Source of the DNA: Nitrospirota bacterium
Lineage (GTDB): Bacteria; Nitrospirota; UBA9217
Reading direction: 5' to 3'
Assembly: GCA_963840455.1 (NCBI GenBank)
Contig: CAWIYV010000011.1
Span: 160,001 to 224,000 of the forward strand
DNA length: 64,000 bases
The translations under genes were made by a program, and so were the position numbers. Below are positions 58,496-64,000 of this stretch, piece after piece; within the stretch, counting starts at the first letter, position 1, and every line of letters starts with the position of its first letter. The notes beneath the pieces are model-generated. The model worked only from the letters and a program-made list of their open reading frames with translations. It had not been told where the DNA came from and made no database searches.

Positions 58496-58822
58496 GATCG
58501 CATCGTAGGACGCCAGACATCGGCAAGCCGGGTCTGCGTTCCTCCTCCCTTTGACTCCAGCACATACCGAAAAAGCTCCCGGCACATCTGGAGGCGTTCA
58601 GAAGATCTTCCGCTCCGATTCGTTGAGCTTCTCGGTCCGTGGCTTGAGTGCCTCGCACGGGGGCACACCACGGTCAGAGACTGCGTATCCGCTGTCCTGC
58701 CGGAGATGTCGTTGAACTCGTTCAGCCAGTCAGGGGCCAATGTCCGAATGAGGAGAAAAGCAGTTTGTCGCTGCGATCTGTGCGCCGTCAGCGTCTGCGG
58801 TCAGCTCGCGGAAGCGGCCCGG

Positions 58823-59830
58823 CTACAGAGGGAAATGGCATGCGACCTGGTGTCCGCCTGCGATCTCGTGAAGCCGGGGTTCCGTGGCGGGGCTGGTGCA
58901 GACTTCGGGCCTGCCCTGGGACTCATAGACCGGGCAGCGCGGCGCGAACCGGCAGCCCTCGAGCGGCCGCTCGAAGTCGAACACTCCCCACCGACCTACT
59001 CGGACGCTTCTGGCTTTGCTGCCTGCCTCCCTGCTCTGCTTCTCGACCAGTGATGACCACAGGATATGCGTGTACGGGTGGCTTGCCTTGTGCGCGATGC
59101 GACCGGACAGCCCCATCTCCACGATCTTGCCCAGGTACATGACCGCCACCTTGTGGCTCATGAGCTCAACGACCCGAAGATCGTGGGAAATGAAAAGGTA
59201 GGATAGCCCAAGCTGCTTCTGGAGGTCCCGGAGCAGATTCACGACCTGCGCCTGGATCGAGACATCCAGCGCGCTGGTCGGCTCGTCCGCAACAAGGAAC
59301 TGCGCGCCCACGGACAGCACACGCGCTACACCTACCCGCCGCTTCTCGCCTCCCGACAGTTCATGGGGGAAGTTCGAGAGCTTGCTCTTCTTGAGATTGA
59401 CCTGGTCCAGGAGCTCACCAATGCGCTTCTCCACCTCCGCGTCGGTCATCTCGTGGTGGACCGTGATCGCCTCGTTCAGGATCTCGCGGATGCGCATTTT
59501 CGGGTTCAGCGCCGCGTCGAGGTCCTGGAAGATCATCTGCATCTTTCCCCGGAGCTGCCGAAGCTCGTTGGTCGAGGCCGCGGTGATGTCCTTCCTGTCG
59601 AAGATGATCCTGCCCGACGTCGGCTTCTCGAGCCGCAGGATGGTCCGGCCGATGGTCGTCTTGCCGCAGCCCGACTCTCCCACGAACCCGACGGTCTCGT
59701 TCTCCTTGAGGTAGAAGCTCACCCCGTCCACCGCAGGGATGGACCGGTGCTGCTCCCCGAAGGAGAACAGCCCCTTCGGTTGGGCGAAGTGCTTCTTCAG
59801 GTCGATGACTTCGAGGATGGTCTTGGACAT
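58823..59830 (-). CDS. oppF: Oligopeptide/dipeptide ABC transporter ATPase (OppF/DppF)
   Basis: GESGCGKT, LSGGEKRR, ADEPTSALDVS, HPYT, GCRFAPRC. Confidence 0.93.
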   Translation of the reverse strand: MSKTILEVIDLKKHFAQPKGLFSFGEQHRSIPAVDGVSFYLKENETVGFVGESGCGKTTIGRTILRLEKPTSGRIIFDRKDITAASTNELRQLRGKMQMIFQDLDAALNPKMRIREILNEAITVHHEMTDAEVEKRIGELLDQVNLKKSKLSNFPHELSGGEKRRVGVARVLSVGAQFLVADEPTSALDVSIQAQVVNLLRDLQKQLGLSYLFISHDLRVVELMSHKVAVMYLGKIVEMGLSGRIAHKASHPYTHILWSSLVEKQSREAGSKARSVRVGRWGVFDFERPLEGCRFAPRCPVYESQGRPEVCTSPATEPRLHEIAGGHQVACHFPL

Positions 59831-59845
59831 AATTTCCTTATTTCT

Positions 59846-60011
59846 GCCACAGAGGCGCAGAGACACAGGGAAGAACACGCCACTTGAACCGCCAAGGCCG
59901 CAAAGGTCATTATTGATTCTTATGTCGGACCTGCAAACCTTGCTTCGCGTCCTTCGCGTCTTAGCGGTAAAATAAATTTGCCTTTCCCTGTGTTCTTTGT
60001 GTCTCTGTGGC
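59846..60011. repeat. Nested periodic inverted-repeat elements
   Basis: Outer gccacagaggcgcagagacacaggg ... ccctgtgttctttgtgtctctgtggc; inner accgccaaggccgcaaagg ... cttcgcgtccttcgcgtcttagcggt. Confidence 0.6.
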
Positions 60012-60019
60012 GAATATCC

Positions 60020-61120
60020 TTAATCAAAATACAACCAGCACCGCGCCTTGTGCCCCGGCCCGATCTCGCGAAGGTCCGGCTCCTGACGCTCACATCTCTC
60101 CCGTATCTTGTCCGTCACTCTGTTGCACCGGCCGTAGAACCGGCACCCCGCCGGGATGTTGATGGTATCGAGCACATCTCCTTCGATGGCCTGGAGATGA
60201 CCCTTCCCCTTGATGTTCTCGGCGCTCGGGATGGACATGAGCAGCGCCGACGTGTAGGGATGTTTCCTGTCCTCACCCTTCGCGAGGATGTCCCTGGCCG
60301 GGCCGGTCTCGACCACGGTGCCGCCGTACATCACGGCGACCATGTCCGACAGCCGGGAGATGATGCTGATATCGTGGCTGATCAGCATGGTCGCGATGCC
60401 GAGCTCGGCCTTCAGCTCCGCCAGCAGGTCCGCGATCTTGGACTGAATGGTCGCGTCGAGGCCCGTTGTCGGCTCGTCGGCGATCAGGAGCGACGGCTCG
60501 CAGGACAGCGCCATGGCGATCATGGCCCGTTGGCACATGCCGCCCGACAGGCCGTATGGATAGTTATCGAACCGGAGCCGAGGGCTGTCGATCTTCACCC
60601 GGTCGAGCCATGATAGGGCGCGCTCCTTTGCCGCCGGTTCCTCTTTGATGGACGTATGGAGCTGGATGGCCTCGGTGATCTGCCTGCCCACGGTCATGAA
60701 AGGGTTCAGGGACTGCTTGGGGTTCTGGAAGATCATCGAGATCTCCTTGCCCCGGACCTTGGCCATGCGCCGCTCGGAAAGCTCCTGCCAGCCCTCCTCG
60801 TCCTTCTGCACGCCCATGATCCTGCCGTCCTCCCTCGTGAGCGTCACATAATCATCGAGGTCCTGCAGGATGTTCTTCTGAACGCGGTCGGACTTGAACC
60901 CGATCTTGCCGGTAATGATGCCCGGGCCCGCAGCGACCAAACCCATGATCGAGAGCGCCGTGATGCTCTTACCGCTGCCGCTCTCTCCCACCACGCCGAG
61001 CGTCTCGCCCTTTGTTATCTTGAGGCTCACACCGTCAACAGAGCGAATGAAGGCCTGCTTGCTCTTCGAGTAGAAGTAGGTCCGAAGGTCCTCTATTTTG
61101 AGGATCGGCGCCTTCATCAC
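60020..61120 (-). CDS. oppD: Oligopeptide/dipeptide ABC transporter ATPase (OppD/DppD)
   Basis: [37 protein letters not shown]. Confidence 0.93.
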   Translation of the reverse strand: MMKAPILKIEDLRTYFYSKSKQAFIRSVDGVSLKITKGETLGVVGESGSGKSITALSIMGLVAAGPGIITGKIGFKSDRVQKNILQDLDDYVTLTREDGRIMGVQKDEEGWQELSERRMAKVRGKEISMIFQNPKQSLNPFMTVGRQITEAIQLHTSIKEEPAAKERALSWLDRVKIDSPRLRFDNYPYGLSGGMCQRAMIAMALSCEPSLLIADEPTTGLDATIQSKIADLLAELKAELGIATMLISHDISIISRLSDMVAVMYGGTVVETGPARDILAKGEDRKHPYTSALLMSIPSAENIKGKGHLQAIEGDVLDTINIPAGCRFYGRCNRVTDKIRERCERQEPDLREIGPGHKARCWLYFD

Positions 61121-62010
61121 TTGCTCCTCTTGCCTTCGAGAATGTTATTCAACCCGTCGCCAAGGAGGTGGAACCCGAGGATCGTGAAAAGGATGGCGAG
61201 GGACGGAGCAGTGGACGGCCAGAACTGCCCTTTCATGAAGTAGTTCGCCCCTGCCTGGACCATGTTGCCCCATGACGGGATCGGCTCCTGTACGCCGAAG
61301 CCGAGGTAGGAGAGCGATGTTTCCATCAGAATGGCCTCGCCCATGCCGAGCGTCGCCTGGATGATCAGGATGGAGCGGCAGTTGTGCCAGAGAATGTGCT
61401 TCAGGATGATGGTTCTCGTAGGAAGGCCGAGCGCGATGTCCGCCTCGATGAAATTCTTCTGCTTCAGGAACAGGACCTTCCCCTTGATGTGCGATGCGAC
61501 CGCAGGCACGTTCGTGATGCCCACGACCAGCATGATGTAGTAGATGTCCGGCTTGAACGCAGCGATCACGAGCAGGATAAGCACGAGCCGCGGGAAGGAA
61601 TCGACGAGATTGGTGAAATAGGTGATACCCATGTCCCATTTGCCGCCGCGATACCCGGCCAGCACGCCGAGCACTGTGCCGAAGAAGAGCGCGATGAAGA
61701 TCGCGAGCAATCCCGGCAGGAAGTAGGCCTGGATGCTCACGATAAGGCGCGAGAACATGTCCCGGCCCATGAAGTCCGTGCCGAGGAGATGCCCTGTCGT
61801 CAGCGGCGGCGCCATCATGAGCTCCAGGTCAATGTCCTGGGGGTCGCGCGGCAGGAGGTTGAAGGCGCCAAGGAGATAGGACACCACCACGAGCGTCACG
61901 ATCAGCAGGCCGTAGCCCACGTACGCGATGTCGATGGCGTTCGGCTTCTTCCAGAACGGCAGGTCCGAGAACTCGCCGATCTCACCGGATTGTTGGGTGT
62001 AGGATTTCAT
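61117..62010 (-). CDS. oppC: Peptide ABC transporter permease (OppC/DppC)
   Basis: LLGTDFMGRD, EAA-like loop, LSYLGFG...SWGNM. Confidence 0.92.
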   Translation of the reverse strand: MKSYTQQSGEIGEFSDLPFWKKPNAIDIAYVGYGLLIVTLVVVSYLLGAFNLLPRDPQDIDLELMMAPPLTTGHLLGTDFMGRDMFSRLIVSIQAYFLPGLLAIFIALFFGTVLGVLAGYRGGKWDMGITYFTNLVDSFPRLVLILLVIAAFKPDIYYIMLVVGITNVPAVASHIKGKVLFLKQKNFIEADIALGLPTRTIILKHILWHNCRSILIIQATLGMGEAILMETSLSYLGFGVQEPIPSWGNMVQAGANYFMKGQFWPSTAPSLAILFTILGFHLLGDGLNNILEGKRSK

Positions 62011-62295
62011 TCGAAATAACGTTCAACGCTTATTGTCGTTTTGTCTGTTTACGAAGCAACCGGAAATATATGGATTTTCAGGAGCCCTTTCGCTTTCAGG
62101 CTGAAACCGACGGGGGCTCGAACAAAGCATCATGGAGCAGCGGTCCCCGGATAGGTACAAATGGGACAGGCGTCCAGAGCATGCGACGAAGACGCGAACA
62201 GCGCTGTTTCCAAAGAATACAATCCCGCTATCCATGATATCGCTGTTTATTGGATCAAGAACGTATTCATAGTGTATCCTTTATATTTCCGGCCC

Positions 62296-63255
62296 CTATT
62301 CCTTCGACGCCCGCGGGTTCACCGCGACATACACCACGCTCTGGAACAGGCTGCCGAGGCGCACGAAGACCGCGGCGAGAATGGCAATGCCCATGATGAC
62401 CGGGAAGTCGCGGTCCTGCGCCGCCTGCCACGCCATCCTGCCCATGCCCGGCCAGTTGAACACCTGCTCAACGATGACCGCGCCGCCGAGGATGAACGGG
62501 ATCTTGGCCGCGATGATCTCGGTGACCGGGATGAGCAGCCCTTCCTTGAAGGCGTGGCCCATGACCGACGCGCCCTTGGCGCGGGCGGTGCGTATATAGT
62601 CCTCGTCCAGCACCCTCGCCATCTCATCGCGGAGCGACCGGATGACCTCGCTGATGGTCCCGTTCCCGATGCCCAGCACGAAGATGGGCAGCAGCGCATA
62701 CAGCCATTTCTGGCCGCCTGTCGCGAACCCGAAGGCCATGGGGAAGAGCCCGAGCTTGTGGGTGAAGAAGTAGATGACGATGTATCCCAGCCAGAAGACC
62801 GGCAGGGCCGAGATGATATAAGCGCCGATGGTAAGCGGCCAGGTGAGCCGCGTCATGCCGCGCCTGGCGGAGGAGAGCGCGATGGGAACGGCGAGCGCCA
62901 GGGTGATGATCAGAGAGCCGATGGTCAGAAGCAGGGTGTTCAGGCCTGTGCGCAGGACCTCCTTCAACACCGGCTGGCCCGTCCGGATTGAGGTGCCGAA
63001 GTCCCCGCGCAGCATGTTCCCGAGCCACGCGAGATACTGCCCGTACCACGACTTCTGCATGCCCATTGCCTCACGGATCCCTGCCCGCGCCGAATCCGTG
63101 GGCATCTGACCCTCCAGCAGGACGCTGAACGGGTCGCCAGGCGAGAAAAAGAGGATGATGAACACGACAAAGCTCACACCCAGGAGGAGCAGACTGGTGA
63201 TCAGCAGTTCGCGAGAAAGAACAAGGGCTATGGGCCGTATGGCGGTGAGCTTCAT
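62296..63255 (-). CDS. oppB: Peptide ABC transporter permease (OppB/DppB)
   Basis: PGDP, GDFGTS, PVFWLG, YIRTARAKG, VEQVFNWPGMG, RDFPVI. Confidence 0.93.
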   Translation of the reverse strand: MKLTAIRPIALVLSRELLITSLLLLGVSFVVFIILFFSPGDPFSVLLEGQMPTDSARAGIREAMGMQKSWYGQYLAWLGNMLRGDFGTSIRTGQPVLKEVLRTGLNTLLLTIGSLIITLALAVPIALSSARRGMTRLTWPLTIGAYIISALPVFWLGYIVIYFFTHKLGLFPMAFGFATGGQKWLYALLPIFVLGIGNGTISEVIRSLRDEMARVLDEDYIRTARAKGASVMGHAFKEGLLIPVTEIIAAKIPFILGGAVIVEQVFNWPGMGRMAWQAAQDRDFPVIMGIAILAAVFVRLGSLFQSVVYVAVNPRASKE

Positions 63256-63274
63256 AAGTATAACAAAATAATCG

Positions 63275-63335
63275 CCACAGAGGCACAGAGGTCACAGAGG
63301 AAAAATTTCCTATGTTCTCTCCGGTCTCTGTGGCT
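63275..63335. repeat. Periodic inverted-repeat element (GCCAC...GTGGC)
   Basis: gccacagaggcacagaggtcacagagg ... cctatgttctctccggtctctgtggc. Confidence 0.6.
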
Positions 63336-63415
63336 TAAATGACTTTTATCGGGTCCTGCCATCTGCTAGAATTTACTTCCCCGTGTCACCCTGTCTCCGC
63401 GTCCCCGTGTCGGGT

Positions 63416-64000
63416 TTATTTCTGGTCCTTCGTCTCAATGAACCACTCGTCGGCAAAGGAGAAGAACTTGTAGGGATGGATGGCCATGCGCCGGACCTTG
63501 TCCCGGTACGCCGCATAGTTCGTCAACGTCCAGAGGAAGGTGTAGGGGTTCTCCTCGGCGAGCAGCGCATGGAGCTTCCGGTTGATGGTGCGCCGCTTCT
63601 CGTGGTCCAGCGTGAGCTTGCTCTCGTTGATCAGGCCGTCAACCTCGGGATTGGCATACCCGCCGAAGTTGTTCTTCCAGGGCCCGATCTCGCCGGAATG
63701 GAAGAGCGACGAGATGTCCGCAGAGTCGTCGAACACCCACGACGCGAAGATGATGTCGAAGTCATGCTCCAGGAACACGTCCTCCTTCCAGGCCTGCCAT
63801 TCCTTGAACTCCACCTTGATGTCGGCGCCGATGTTCTTGAGGTAGTTCTTGAATGCCAGCACCACGCGCTTCACGGCCTCGCTCTCCTTCTCGATGGGCA
63901 CCTTGAGCGATAGGGCAAGCTTCTTGCCGTCCTTCTGCATGAACCCGTCGGCGCCCCGGGTGAACCCTGCCTCCTGCAGCAGGGCAATGGATTTCTGGGC
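63416..64000 (-). CDS. oppA: Peptide ABC transporter substrate-binding protein, C-terminal part
   Basis: LLQEAGF...DG.MQKDGKKL, FHS...NNFGGYANPEVD, ENPYTFL; continues off the window. Confidence 0.88.
   Translation of the reverse strand, partial: AQKSIALLQEAGFTRGADGFMQKDGKKLALSLKVPIEKESEAVKRVVLAFKNYLKNIGADIKVEFKEWQAWKEDVFLEHDFDIIFASWVFDDSADISSLFHSGEIGPWKNNFGGYANPEVDGLINESKLTLDHEKRRTINRKLHALLAEENPYTFLWTLTNYAAYRDKVRRMAIHPYKFFSFADEWFIETKDQK

Overview
Bacterial genomic window. The GC-rich core genes and repeat style suggest a Nitrospirota/Desulfobacterota-like anaerobe; this is inferred from gene content only. (1) Positions 1-~17.5 kb are a more AT-rich accessory island. It holds the 5' end of an extracellular contractile injection system (eCIS-like: sheath, tube, baseplate chaperone) behind a clear sigma-54 promoter and an atypical enhancer-binding protein. 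It also holds a co-oriented C1-peptidase/hydrolase, metacaspase, membrane protein and 1448-aa WD40/beta-barrel-like gene, the last split by an ISL3 element with an 8-bp target duplication. (2) ~18-43 kb holds metabolic and stress genes. The main find is an ArsR-led operon (36.7-31.2 kb, - strand) whose ORF track is broken by in-frame TGA codons, each followed by a SECIS-like hairpin: two NxPxGxxU thioredoxin-like selenoproteins and a UxxC DsrE, together with DsrF, DsrH, SQR, a frameshifted pentaheme cytochrome c and a membrane ferredoxin. (3) 42.6-46.9 kb is a small TA plus type IIG R-M defence patch. (4) 47-56 kb is translation housekeeping (rpsA-like, rimO, yraN, rnhB, rplS, trmD, rimM, rpsP, ffh). 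(5) 56-64 kb holds a fourth predicted selenoprotein (exported heme-c/triple rhodanese), a rhodanese-ferritin fusion and an Opp/Dpp ABC operon. Ten copies of a ~118-bp double-hairpin repeat, two of them short derivatives, dot the core but not the island. No rRNA, tRNA or CRISPR array was recognised.
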